From Ophelia neglecta (Eukaryota), in contig OZ260666.1 of assembly GCA_965285935.1 (NCBI GenBank), positions 35,960,001-36,024,000 of the forward strand: a stretch of 64,000 nt of DNA. The letters are read 5' to 3'. A program made the translations under genes and the position numbers. Each line of letters begins with the position of its first letter. Within the stretch, counting starts at the first letter, position 1. Below are positions 52,201 to 64,000 of this stretch, in pieces. The notes beneath the pieces are model-generated. The model searched no databases, had not been told where the DNA came from, and worked only from the letters and a program-made list of their open reading frames with translations.

Positions 52201-55200
52201 TTATTTCTCTTATCCAATGCAGACGGCAATAATGATTATGATTTTTATGGAACTATCTTTCGCTCCCAATCTGATGTGTTTATGAATTAGAAAAACATGC
52301 AATGAAATTAATGAAACAAGATTAAATTGAAAAAAAAAGGACATCTTTTTCTCGGCAAACCATCCAGATAATGCATGATTATCAAATAGAAAAGAGAAGA
52401 TTGCTTCACTGCTGAATTACCGGATGTTTTCCTCATCGAATTAGGTAGTGAAACATATGGAAAAAGCGCGTAGGTGATAGGTTTATAGTCGACTCTCAAT
52501 GAACCCTTTCTCCGGACTGAATACCAGGCTTATTGTTTTATGCGTCTGCTGTCGACAGTTCTGGGCAATGTTGGAATGCTTGGCTCTTGAACAACGGAAT
52601 GGTATCCTTGAAATTTCCTTTGAAATGGAATAACGACTATTTAGTCTAACATTGTACATATGGTTGCCCTTTTTTGCAGAACAAACCTTAATGACGTGGT
52701 ATATGTTTGAACGCATATTGCACGACTATAGTCATTTTAAAACATTTTGAAAATATATACCTGCAATCTTGTCTTCACTTGGAACTTTTTTGTTAAATGA
52801 AATCTTCTTTTTTGTAACTCATCCTTCACTTATGATGATAAATGTTGGCATATATTCCATATAACTGTTAAGATGTACATCAAGGTATACACATTAATAT
52901 TAATGTTATAGAAATTTCTATCCATTCACCTGTTCACTCGCTCCAGGCTGAATACAAACTCTGTATCGTGCTTTTAAGCCATCGGCCAAAACTGTATGTC
53001 GGGTTGCCAAGGGCAACATCATCATATATTATACATCGCCTATTTTAAATGAGTTTAAACTTATGATTAATTAATAGTATATGCCGGACATGTACACATG
53101 ACATACTAAAAACCTCTGTAGACATGTGTATGCTTGTGGGTCCATGTGGAATTACATAGACAATATTAATCTTTACAACAGAATTCTATATAGGATTCTT
53201 CATAATTTGTATTGCATTTTAAGACAATGTATAACATTACAATTATGTTTGACTGTTGCTAAATAGCGGCGGTAGGATGCAATTCTCTGAAATATTTGTC
53301 CACGCATATACATGTATGCAAAGGGTGGTGCCATTAGATCAATATGGTTTGAATTTAACATTAACATTAGCATTAGGCTAAGTAACAGGACTGGGGAAAA
53401 AGTAGCCATAGTAATGTAAAGAACCAGGTTTAGTTATTAGGTTATTGGACAAGTATATAAACAAAGGACATCCTATGCGATTGTTCATTGTCTTACGATC
53501 ATTTACTCCATGCATGCACTGGGTATGATCATTTCTCCACCTGTGCACAGCAGATTTAAATTTTCAGATTCGTTCTGCTTTCATAATGTATCAGCACTTG
53601 CTTGTTATTTTTTTATACCCACAACGTTATTATTATTTACGGTTTTATTTATATATTTTGTTTATGACTATTGTCTTAAGAAAGTCACCTTACCAATGCA
53701 CCATAGGTACATGATCTATCTGATTTTGCATGATATAGGAAAACGCTCACTTTTCCTTCCTCAATAAGTTAGCTTACGACTTTATATACATGTAACATTA
53801 AACGGACATAAAGTTTGGTAGTTATTTGTATAATTATTTATTGGTTTTATTTATAGAGGGTCGTTATTAAAACAAAGCCGCGAGGTAATTTAGGACATTT
53901 CGTACAATGCTTTAGATCTCCAGTTTTAAACACTATATTATACCTGTAAAGAATAATTTGCTGTTGGCCTCAAAATAGCAGCTGGGTAGAATTTGGAAAG
54001 GCTTACGGGGGATCTTAATATAAATGTTTTTGTTTGATAAATCTGGCATATGTTGTTTATAGGTTGCATATTGGATGAAAGATAATAGGGCAGAACTGGT
54101 GCTAGCATTAATTCATCCTTAACAAGAGTGCACTTACTTCTTGGATCGGATCCGATCCACGTTGCCTGTTATAATGTACCTGTACTATTTTGCTCTCTGT
54201 TCTGGCCTTGTTTGTCAGTATTGTATTCTTTGAGGAGGTAATAAATATATTTAAAATAACTTAAAGATTTGCCTGTCAGCCATGACACCCAAACATCATG
54301 GCTCTCAGCTGGGCCTTCCGCCAGTACTTTTATACGTGTTATTAAAGATCCCAATTATTTCAGCGTATTGAATGATGTTTGGACTGGCTCTAATCAACAA
54401 GTCAAGATAAAATATCAGCGTCCATGATGCCAACATGGCCACATATGCACGTCTTGTCTTCAGTCACTGAGTTGTGTGAGAAATTAAGGGTAATCATCTC
54501 TATGCTGACCCGCGGCTGTCGTCTTTGGCGATGATTGTACCTTAAAATAACTACAAAGCTGCCAGAGACGTGTGGATTGGCCACCAGCCTACCACACTGG
54601 CCTCTGGAAGCCACGGATGTCACATCCAGCAGCTATACAGCTTCCATGTACAGATCGTTAATTGTGATAAATGATAAAAGTTAGGTTGCAGAGCTTTTCT
54701 ATCGTCAACAAGTGATTGCTCGGAGCAAAATACCACTGTTGCGTTATGTACCTTTCAATGANNNNNNNNNNNNNNNNNNNNNNNNNNNNNNNNNNNNNNN
54801 NNNNNNNNNNNNNNNNNNNNNNNNNNNNNNNNNNNNNNNNNNNNNNNNNNNNNNNNNNNNNNNNNNNNNNNNNNNNNNNNNNNNNNNNNNNNNNNNNNNN
54901 NNNNGTCTATTTGATTTTGGTTCTCTATCTTCGTCAATTACAACAAGAAACGCACGAGTGTAAACACACTGTGCTCGTATTCTATTTACATCATTGATTT
55001 GTATACTGACATTTGGTGTTTGATAGTGCCTGACCCGTACAACCCAGGTCACACGTCAAGTTTGTACTTACACGAGTTTGACGAGGAGTGTCAATAGTGC
55101 CATATAAAGCTACACTTTGCTGATTGTAAAACAATAATGTATCACTGTGACCATGTAAATGAATACACTGCCCACTAATCTATTAACTTCGAATGTAAAA

Positions 55201-58200
55201 CTGCCAGTGCCTTAGCTATGCATCTTTAATGTCCCTCACCCAGCTGACACTTAAATGATCTTGCTGTTCCATTGCTATTCCATCGGTTTTGCTAGAAAAA
55301 AGTGAAATGCACTTTGAACAGTCGCCGAAAAACGAGCACCTGAGCGTTGTCGTCCTGTAACAAACACGCGTCTAGACAGAACAGTTGGGCCGATTTCCGG
55401 CAAACAATTTATAACCTAAATATTGATGACGAAGACAAAAGTATGCTAATTGTGAGACATAAAAATCAATATTTCATATGAATTGCTTTGTACATTTAAA
55501 ACTCTCAGTCTGGAGTTTCATGCCAACTGTTCTGAACAGTACCAGTTCCGCAACCAAACCTTGGCTGGCTGGTACATCAAAGTGTGACAGCGCATGCAGT
55601 TGGAAACATTTATTTTCCATCAGGATAGTCCATGCCTTGGTGGTAATCGTGTCTGTAGAGGGTGGATGATCCTTCAGTTATAGTAATATATGGGCAATTC
55701 TCATCGAAAACAATTCTGAAATACTGCAACGATATCATGTCTTAAATGCTTAATTGATAGGAGAAAAGAACCAAGTCGCAGGAAAAAAACTATTTAAAGG
55801 GAATACTAAATCGCCATAAAATTGGATTCAGAAATGATCCCTGTGCATGGCGTCACATATTATAGTACGAGCTGGTTAGGCTTTAACACATTGCAGGGAT
55901 ATTTGGTGTTCTCCCAACTACCCAAAATATATCAAGCTGGCAGTTTTCATAATCAACACTTATCATTGATAATTTCTGCCATCTGAGAACAGTTATGAAA
56001 AATAAAATACAAAGAGCTATTTGTTTTCGCTAGCTCCTCCCTCGTCCTTTTTATTTTATTATTGAAATAGTAGAGGTGTAGTGATAAACATCTCTGCAGG
56101 ATCAATCAGATATTTATGTCATGGGGTTGTTTCAAATGACTTTCAGACAAGGAAATGTGACTATTCGCAATTTATATAGTGATCGAATGTTCTCTCATTT
56201 TTTTTCTCACCATTTTCAGCTCTTTTTTATGTTAGAAATCGGCTTCCAGTCTGAGTTTAAGACGGATCTGAGTAAAGGTTTATGGCCCGTTGTCTTTCAG
56301 TAAAGGCAGACCCAATTCCGATTAGGCTGCGAATGGCCTTATAAATCAAGGAGCTATTCTATTTCCGTGAGTATGAGCGGGAACTAGGGCAGCCTTTGGC
56401 CCTTAAACTATCTCAATAAAAAGTCTCCAAATGCCAATTGTCTACCTACGCTGGCATTGGCTTGGATTTGCAAATTATCCTCCTTTGCCTTGTTAGGAAG
56501 TATGAGTACCATCACATCTATAAAATACATACCATCAAGGGATATTTTAAAATATTTTAATGCGGCCAGCCTAAACGGTTGGACATATGTATCGTATAAC
56601 AGGTAGAACGAGTATTTATTATGTAGTTGTTAATTACTCTTTGCCGTTTCTTGCACTGAGTAGCACAGTATGGAAACGAGCAAATATCTGCACGAAATGT
56701 AAATTGTAGATGACTCTGATTGTTAACTGATATAATTGCTTTATGCATATTGATGAATATTCACATTTGTTTGAATAATTGATCTAGTATTTATGCAATG
56801 TGCTATAAGTGAATGCATGGTGGTCTTATCGGAGATGCAAAACGGATGGCAAACACGCGGGTCGAGTCTTCCGTGGGTGCGCGAATCAAATTGTGGGAAC
56901 ATTTTTGTTGTACATATTATCTGTATGAAAGTTAAAAGACATGTCACATAGGCCTATAGCATCAAACACTGTGTTGTTGCACAATCCGGTTAAGAACGAA
57001 AAATTTAAAAAGGACGGATAACGACGGGGAGAAGTCTGTATCTCATTAAGTTAGGCAAAGTGCTTAATGATTAAGTATAAATCAGGTTAACTTTATGAAA
57101 ATACTACTATCAAGATAATTGTCTCACTGAATCGTCTTAATATGGGAAAAACCTCGTAGTTGGCCACAGTTTGTGCAAATGATGGTTATTAAATCGAAAG
57201 AAGCTAGTTCAAGTCATCTTTGATTCCGTGGTTGACTTCGTTAGCCTGGGTACACATTTCATATCCTGCTGACTCGAGTGTAAACCAGTCAAGGGCACGG
57301 CGCAAGGTCAAACAATACCAAGCATTTACATTTACGCACCTTCAGCAACAACAGGTCGTGTCCCCGGTTGTATCAAGAGATTTCTACCAGCAGATTTGAG
57401 TGAATTGGCTAGTAAATATGTTTTGAACAAGTTTAGCCATGGCACATGATGAAATTAACTTTATTACACACTGTCATGACAGTTTAACCTTGTTCTAGGT
57501 GTTTTATGAGATACAATTCTGCGACCTCGATAGAATGTTTGTTTTTGTCATGGTGCTATTACACAGATGTCAAACCTGTGTGGCTACCTACAACATTTTC
57601 AAAAACCTGTTACATCTTGAATATCTTGGCCTAAGTGAATACCGGGCATGTTTTTATCTGCAATTCTCCCACCCTGATTGCTATACTTCCACTTGCTGAT
57701 TTTTGGTTACGGTTAAAATAACTCGTTAACTCACATATCATAAAGCAGGTTATCTTACGAAATTCGGAGTGTTAAATGTGGAAGTTGCCACATACGGAGT
57801 GAGCCCTAGTTTGTCAAGCTACCTAATTCTTATCATCAAAACATTTTTTCCACATGGGAAATGAAGTGTTTGGCCAAATTATTGGGATTTCACTGAGGAC
57901 CAACAGTGCTCTATTGGTTCTAGATTTGTTTCAGTTCCCTTAGGAATATAATTTTATGACTCGTTTGCAGGAAAAGTGGGAAGTTGCATATTAAGGTATA
58001 TACATCATATTTTTTCGTTTATTAACAAATATTTCGGACAACATGTGAGTGCCATTTATTCACCATTATTATTATAGTGCGACTCCCCCATTGTCGCCTC
58101 ACCTTGAGTTGCTTTTCGAATGAATCTGCCCGGTCGGGATCCGATCACGCAGGTTTATCCCTTGACGTCATAACGCCATACAAACGTGAGCTTGGCATAA

Positions 58201-61200
58201 TGCTTACAGCTTGGGATAATGCCTTGCAACTAAGCTTTCAATGCTTTGAAAACATTATCCCCCATCAGAACAACTGCATGCAATTTCATCTCCGAACACC
58301 AAAGGTTAAAGTTGTTTTCAACGGTTCAATCTGACCCGTATGTGTTGTACTGCTCAGTAGTGTTGCCACTAAAATAAAAAAGCATGTTTAACACATAATT
58401 CTTTTCTCTCCGAATTTTGTCCTTGAAAGTTGCTTCTTCGCGCCACCTGAAAGGTTGCACTTAAATTTTTGCAACGAAGTGAGTTTAGGAACATTCTTCA
58501 ACCTTACTGATTTAAAGCTCCATAAGAGTTGGTGCCGAGGGGTTGACAGATCTATGTGCGTCATCATTTACATTTAGTCGCTTGTTTTCCTGCTCAATGC
58601 ACAAAAAAATAAATTTCGTTTCTCTCTGTTTCCTTAAGGAATAATTGCTCTTGGGCACACTCAATGTCCTGCCAGTGTCAATAAGCTGCCAACAGGAAGG
58701 CTCCACACATTGTAAGAAATCTATAAGCTTCACAATGCATCGCAGTTTCAGTTGTGGGGAATGGGAAATTGATGAATGGGACTATAGCCTCGAACCCAAG
58801 TAAAGTAATAGGCCATTTTTGTTGGTAAAGGCCTACTATGGCTCCAAAAAAGCAGTGGGCCATTTTTCGTTAAATTACGTTTAATCCGATTACCCCAAAA
58901 ACACACAAGAAATCATTTTTCAATAAATAAACGTGTTCTATGGTATTCTTTTGAGTATTACCATGTCATCTTTGTAATGACACTGTTTCAACCAGCTATT
59001 ATTCAAGCAGGGTGTTATTTTATAGATTCTTTACTGATGAGTAGCTTTGTAGATCAGCTGAAGGAACATTCCACAACACTGAGTTTCTGAAGTGAAGTTT
59101 CGTTTAAGTAAAAATTCTGAATAAGTGACAATTTTTCAGGTGTCTATAGTATTCACCAACACGGGTATACCGGTCAGTCAATCACGAGCGCTCTAGAGCA
59201 TCTTTATTGTCTAGCGCCCAGTGAAGCTGGCACCTTATCTGTAGTATGATCTCAACAGCAAACATATCTATATTTGCCAACAACGAGCACGTGTTCTGCT
59301 GTTATTGCGTTTTTTTCAACATTTTTATGTCGCACAGCATGTCATAATACACATGCGCCCAAGGCCCGTTCTACGTGATTTTAACGCGCCATTTTATCAC
59401 ATAAGCGTGCAGGGAGCAGGTTATCCAAATAAACCGGGTTTGTAATTTTCATCGTCGGTGTCTAAGTGCATCGTGTTTAATACAATATGCACTGTGTGTG
59501 GCTGATCATTCTCAGAAAAGACATTTTTCACACTTATCTTATATCTGGCTCTGAGGATTTTTGATGCCAGTCATGTTATTTTGTGAATTTCTTCTCTCCA
59601 ATTAAACCGGATTTAGAGTTCGCATTGGTGTCGGCTGATTTCACGAACTCTTTAATGTGCTTGAGAAATAAAACCTGACGGTTATAATATCACTAAACCA
59701 AAAAACCAATCCGATCTAAAGCGGTTTGGTCATTGCAAAATTATTCATGCTCCGCCAATGCTCAAATGTGTTCGTTGTCAAAAATATTACCACTTATATG
59801 TAGCTCCGTGAACGAAGCAACATTGTAATAAGAGTTGATCAAAACTCAAAACATGTAATCATCTTGGGCGCCTAAATGTGTTTTTTTATACTTCAGGCAC
59901 ACATTCTCAATTAAATAATTAGACAGAATAAAACCTGACAAATATTGGAAAACAGACAGTCAGTCTAACCACCTGCATAAAAGACCGCTAAGTAGAATCG
60001 CAAAAAAAAATAATTTACCGATCGAACTCCCTCATTGCCTGCTGTGTTCCTCTCTGGGAACCCAGTCACTTGAGAGTCTGAGCCAGGAGGGCACTTCGGT
60101 TTGAGAGGTTGGCACCGTGACTCTTCAGGCTGGGTCTACTCACTTCTCACGAATCATTTCGTTCTGCTGATTGCCTTGATGATGGCTATTACATTAAAAT
60201 GGAACATGTCAACTTCCGTCTTAAACCACGAGTGATCGTGCTGATGGGTCAATGATGTTAATTTCGTATGTAACCTCTCAATAAATTCGGCATAGTTCGC
60301 TTGATTCAGGAGCGAGAAGCACTATCTTCATACTCCATCGCCCGAAACCCACAACCGACATGTTACGGTGCCGATAATACGTGATACGTCAAAGTAAAAC
60401 TACCGTTGGAATCTTGAGTTTATGCTCTTTCAAATAGGCCTAATATACAGTTTATATGTGCATGCCTCTCCAAAAGTGAATTCTTACGTTTACCCGTCAG
60501 GTGATCAATTTTCCCTTTAAACGACCGGTACCCGCACCGGTCGTTTCGTTCCAGTTATGTTAGCGTATCCTCAGTAGGGTGAACTTCCCCAAGCGTAACA
60601 TTTCTGTGACTCAGCAACCGCAACCATCACAGTAATAATTAAAAACCTACTTTAACTATTTTTTGCATCGATAAGTCATAATAATTGAACATTTTTTCCC
60701 CCGACAATTATGCGACGAATTGCATTGGGACGTTGGGATTTAACGCATAGATTTCCCTCGAAGTTAGTTAATATATGATTGGCGAAGGAGAGGTTCTTAG
60801 CTGTTCGATACTTAGCATTAATTGAGAAATTTTATCGTGGTGTATAAAGGCTTTGTCGTATTTATTTTAAAACCCTACGATAACAATGTGGCTTAGGGAA
60901 GTTGTTATTATTATACTCAGCACCCGTACAAAAAAGTTAATGCCACTGAACACATTTACAAATTTGAGTTCATTCGTGAAAAGTTGCTCCATTAATGTGA
61001 AAACCTTGTCTGTTTCATATCAATACGTCTGTTGCACAGTTCTATGTTTGGCACCAAGTTAGCCTCCTTGTTTCTGAAAATAAGAATGTGAAATCCGGTC
61101 CGGAGGTGGAATATATTCAGTTCCATATGTAAAAACATCTGGGCGGCGGTGCCTGCCTCTACCGCTGCCAATATACAAGTTGTTATTGGCTTAAGAATTC

Positions 61201-62861
61201 CTGACCTTTAATATACTATATGAATTCATAGTTATTCTGTTCAATGTTTCTTTTTTAATCCGCAATGATAGATATAGATATTACCCAGACTGAAAGACCC
61301 GGCTATACCTTTGGCAGACAATGTTTTTCTCGTAGGAATTTCCTAACTTTTATGCAGTTTGCAACGATACTCCATGGTGCAACTAACCACGATTAGATGT
61401 AGAGAATGTGTCACCCTGCTGTATTCTCATTCTAATATTACACTGCCTATATAAAACGTCTTTCACCTTAGTGTTGGCTTACACTGACATTTTGAACTGA
61501 TCTCGCCGCTATGGTATAATAATATTATATATTGTAAGTAGTTCGGATTGGCAAGAAGCCACTGCATGTTTGATTGTGCATCAGCCCAACATGGCGTTTT
61601 ATTAAACTAGAAACTGATACCCTCTCTCAGACACCAGAATGCTAGTAACTGACACCCCTTCTCAGAGACCAGCGTGCAAAAAGTGTGCAACACGATAAAT
61701 TATAGTTTAAAGGCTACTATAGTATTTATAATTGAAATACTAGCACGTATTCATTTGGAGACATACATATTCACAAATATAAGTAGTTGCCATAATTCCC
61801 TTAATTCTCTTAACATCTGCTGCTAGGACACACCTTACTTATAATGACCCTGCTAAGGAAACAAACATATAATATTAAATATTTTTTTAATAGCAAGTAT
61901 TTATTACAGAGCCTGTCGCACAATGTTATGTGACAAAGAGTTTTTTTTTTGACAGCTACTATAATTCATTATTAGTGGTTGTTTTGTCCTTTATTACGGA
62001 CTTTCCTAATGTGATCTGTTTACTTTTCCAGCTCCTTGGCTGTGCTCTCTTGGGAGTTGGTATTTGGATCCGCGTTGACCCTAACTTCAAGGAGTATGTC
62101 GACAGTTCAGATGAATTTAACTACCTCTACACGGGAGCGTACATTCTCATCGTGGTCGGTGTCCTCATCATGGTTATCGGCTTCCTCGGATGTTGTGGCG
62201 CCATCAGAGAGAGTCAGTGTATGCTGGCAACGGTAAGCTGTTACAATGGCTGATGCCTGCAGAACATTCCCCTGTGTATGAATAAATTATAATGCAGCTA
62301 AACTTATGCACAGGCCACAAAAGCGAAATTTGTAAACTGGTGGAATTAGAAAAGAAATGTACACAGTGTTTTGATTCTGTTTTGAATCTTTGCTATGATA
62401 TGATACAAACATGAATACATATATTGTACTACACTATAGTGCTTACAGGAACATAATGTGATTATCCAGAAACTGAATGCACTTGATAATTTATATGAAT
62501 ATTTATTTGCAGTTCTGCATATTCCTTTTTGTCATCTTTGCTGTCTTGCTGGCTGCTGGAATCTGGGCTATAGTTGCTAAAGATGATGTAAGTTTTATCC
62601 GAAAATGTAAGAGGACTTGCGTCTAATTGTTAACTCGCCAATGTCTGTTCATCACTGGCGGGATTTTGCTCTTAACTATTTTAGTGGCTATTATTCTTCC
62701 ATCAATCATCTTCAGTGTGTTTCATCAGTAATTGACGTATATCATGTATTCTGTTTCACCCACAGTTGCAGGACATTGTGACTAAAGCATTGCAACAGTC
62801 AGTAAAAAATTACGATACTGACCCCGCAGCGCAGACCTTCATGGATAACGTACAAACAAAC
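28216..62861 (+). CDS. Tetraspanin gene C, 5' partial; join(28216..28281,62032..62232,62513..62587,62766..62861,...)
   Basis: Same exon sizes and phases as gene A (66/201/75/96). Exons 5-7 are not in the window. Linking exon 1 to exon 2 across 33.75 kb and an N-gap is inferred because no other exon-1 or exon-2 copy was seen between them. Confidence 0.85.
31225..31332. repeat. Perfect 53-bp tandem duplication
   Basis: ctgtacatttctgtacatgcgtcttcgtttaagagatcatttcgtattgttta x2 (starts 31225 and 31278). Confidence 0.9.
31378..31500. repeat. Imperfect ~61-bp tandem duplication
   Basis: catgcccc...atccaaa...tctccccacttaaattagc x2. Confidence 0.8.
35012..35189. mobile_element. pogo/Tigger-like MITE
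   Basis: Ends in CAGGTTTCACTG; internal aatcagacc/gaccac repeats; colinear with 46338-46514. Confidence 0.75.
38273..38580 (+). mobile_element. HINE/pearl-like element with an internal degenerate ~30-bp tandem array
   Basis: About seven ctatcaaa(t)gggt-like units (38309, 38341, 38379, 38408, 38439, 38470, 38500), then 3' gagcacgcccacc...ggaagtattgccccggg. Confidence 0.55.
38960..39280 (-). mobile_element. Decayed RTE-clade LINE ORF2 remnant (post-RT region)
   Basis: KTFTYSS...LRISTGRSMANLSK...LYTQKRTYR*VV resembles RTE 'FTYLGS...RI..A..AMA.L.K...L.TK.RIYRS.V'. Confidence 0.5.
39570..39860 (-). mobile_element. Possible Ty3/Gypsy pol remnant (RNase H-integrase linker)
   Basis: LCEVLVTGWPT...KACLLTGR resembles Gypsy 'L...I..GWP....GLL..G.R'; short match only. 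Confidence 0.35.
43479..44021. mobile_element. hAT-like non-autonomous element (putative)
   Basis: Clusters of cgatac/ccgatacc subterminal motifs at both ends; right end gacagcctta resembles a hAT TAGGGCTG-type TIR; TSD not resolved. Confidence 0.4.
46338..46514. mobile_element. pogo/Tigger-like MITE
   Basis: TA|CAGTGAAACTG...CAGGTTTCACTG|TG; colinear with 35012-35189. Confidence 0.8.
46985..47420. mobile_element. PIF/Harbinger-like MITE, one terminus only (putative)
   Basis: CpG-rich block of repeated gtcgca/cgatc motifs ending gatcgtacgatctgatgtgtagaggct|tt; opposite TIR not found. Confidence 0.45.
48050..48370 (-). mobile_element. Possible Ty3/Gypsy RT remnant
   Basis: Minus-strand FRKLPL and GAAIDDDLIYGD resemble 'F.RLPFG' and 'GV..I.DDILIYG'; very degenerate. 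Confidence 0.3.
49520..49870 (-). mobile_element. Decayed L2/CR1-group LINE RT remnant
   Basis: KKPGFPKPNEKNLRPPLTSL...SKGLEDMVAMIRL resembles 'KKPGLD...KNYRPISNL...SK.LE..VA.QL'. Confidence 0.5.
54762..54904. other. Assembly gap (143 N)
   Basis: Run of N. Confidence 1.
62032..62232 (+). CDS. Tetraspanin C exon 2
   Basis: ttttccag; LLGCALLGVGIWIRVDPNF...GFLGCCGAIRESQCMLAT; donor gtaagc. Confidence 0.95.
62513..62587 (+). CDS. Tetraspanin C exon 3 (TM3)
   Basis: atttgcag; FCIFLFVIFAVLLAAGIWAIVAKDD; donor gtaagt. Confidence 0.93.
62766..62861 (+). CDS. Tetraspanin C exon 4
   Basis: tttcacccacag; LQDIVTKALQQSVKNYDTDPAAQTFMDNVQTN; donor gtgagt. Confidence 0.93.
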
Positions 62862-64000
62862 GTGAGTAGTATGTCTATTACAACCATACTTCTATTATAA
62901 TTCTATCATAGTAGTAATACTGAGTGACTATTTGTAAATCACGAGATTTTGAATATTAAACATTGAACTGTTATAATCTCTTGGAATCACAATTTGTATG
63001 CGTATAATGATAACAATGTCTTAACATAATTCACGCATTAAACGGGTGTTGTTATTTTTCCAGAATTGTTTATTGTTCAAGTAGCATGTTTTGTAAATGT
63101 ATGAATATACCTATTTTTTTACCAATACATATTCCCTCATTAACAGGTAAATGTTTGTTCTTTAAATATGCATTTGTGAAAGAATAGGCATATGCATTAT
63201 CAATGATAAGCATGTTCAATAAACGATCGTCTGCGGTAGCAGTTCGATTATGCTGCTATATCACACAATGTAAGCTGTAGTTTATTTCAACTGCATGTTA
63301 TCCCACCTAGAAAAATCGGTATTGAAACAATACTTGAGTAGCTATTATTAAAGCAGTCAAGGGGCATGCTTTTGATTTAATGCTGATTATGTACTACTTG
63401 TTTTCGGTTCCTTCCTTGCTTTGTATGGAGTGTTGCCATAAAAGAAATGCAGCATGAAAGTTATTCATTTCCAGTATATATTGACCGGAAACAAATGATA
63501 TGTCCTAAGAACTTAGTAACTATATATCAATGGCTAATCTGGCTAAGCGGACCGGAGCTCGTGCAACGTCACGTGTCGTCTGCCTCTTATTGTGGTGTGG
63601 CTTGCAACCGTTGCTAACTTATAACCTTTAACCTCTGGTCCCGAGTCCAGAACCAGTTTGATGAAACGGAAACAAACCCAGTTAACAACTTGATTACGCA
63701 CAGACCTTATGATGAATAAATAATTACGAAGTAAAGTACTACCTCAAAAAAGCAGATATATATTGATATATTGACCCTGAGATTAACCTCGTCCGCCCCG
63801 AGATTGTGACACTGATATTTATTTCAATTAAAATGTACTAGAAAATGTTAATAAACTACAGACTAAAACAAAGTCGGCGATGATAAAGAACTTGTCCCTA
63901 ACATCGATTCATGTTTGTCAGAAAACAAATATCACATGCTGATCATTCCCCAATTCAGGAATAAAAAAAGGTTGGTAAAATGTATTTACCTGCAATCAGA

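Noticed and set aside
54712-55052. ORFs spanning the N run
   Set aside because: Artefacts of the assembly gap.
63425-63457. atg gag tgt tgc (MECC) after a pyrimidine tract, as gene C exon 5
   Set aside because: No AG acceptor, CCH instead of CCG, and an early stop; the real exon 5 is presumably beyond the window.
1-64000. tRNA, rRNA, CRISPR arrays, operons or phage genes
   Set aside because: None seen; this is spliced eukaryotic DNA, and the short repeats lack repeat-spacer structure.

Overview
AT-rich metazoan genomic DNA, most likely from a marine invertebrate; the taxon is inferred from repeat types and is not established. There are no prokaryotic features. The window holds a head-to-tail cluster of three spliced CD9/CD81-like tetraspanin genes on the + strand. 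Gene A (2354-9464) and gene B (15472-22978) each have 7 coding exons and encode 223 aa. Gene C has exon 1 at 28216, a 33.75-kb first intron containing a 143-N gap, and exons 2-4 at 62032-62861; the rest lies outside the window. All introns are GT-AG and phase 0. Most notable: (1) a hidden in-frame duplicate of the terminal TM4 exon about 440 nt after gene A's stop, either a relic paralog or an alternative last exon; (2) Leu replacing the conserved TM3 Glu in all three paralogs; (3) a compact 4-Cys CD53-like large loop on a CD9-like scaffold. The rest is intron and intergenic DNA with a frameshifted LINE reverse transcriptase (1-1191), a MULE-like foldback element with a 9-bp TSD, pogo-like MITEs, HINE-like elements and decayed retroelement remnants. 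Most short ORFs in the six-frame track are spurious. All alignments were done by eye.
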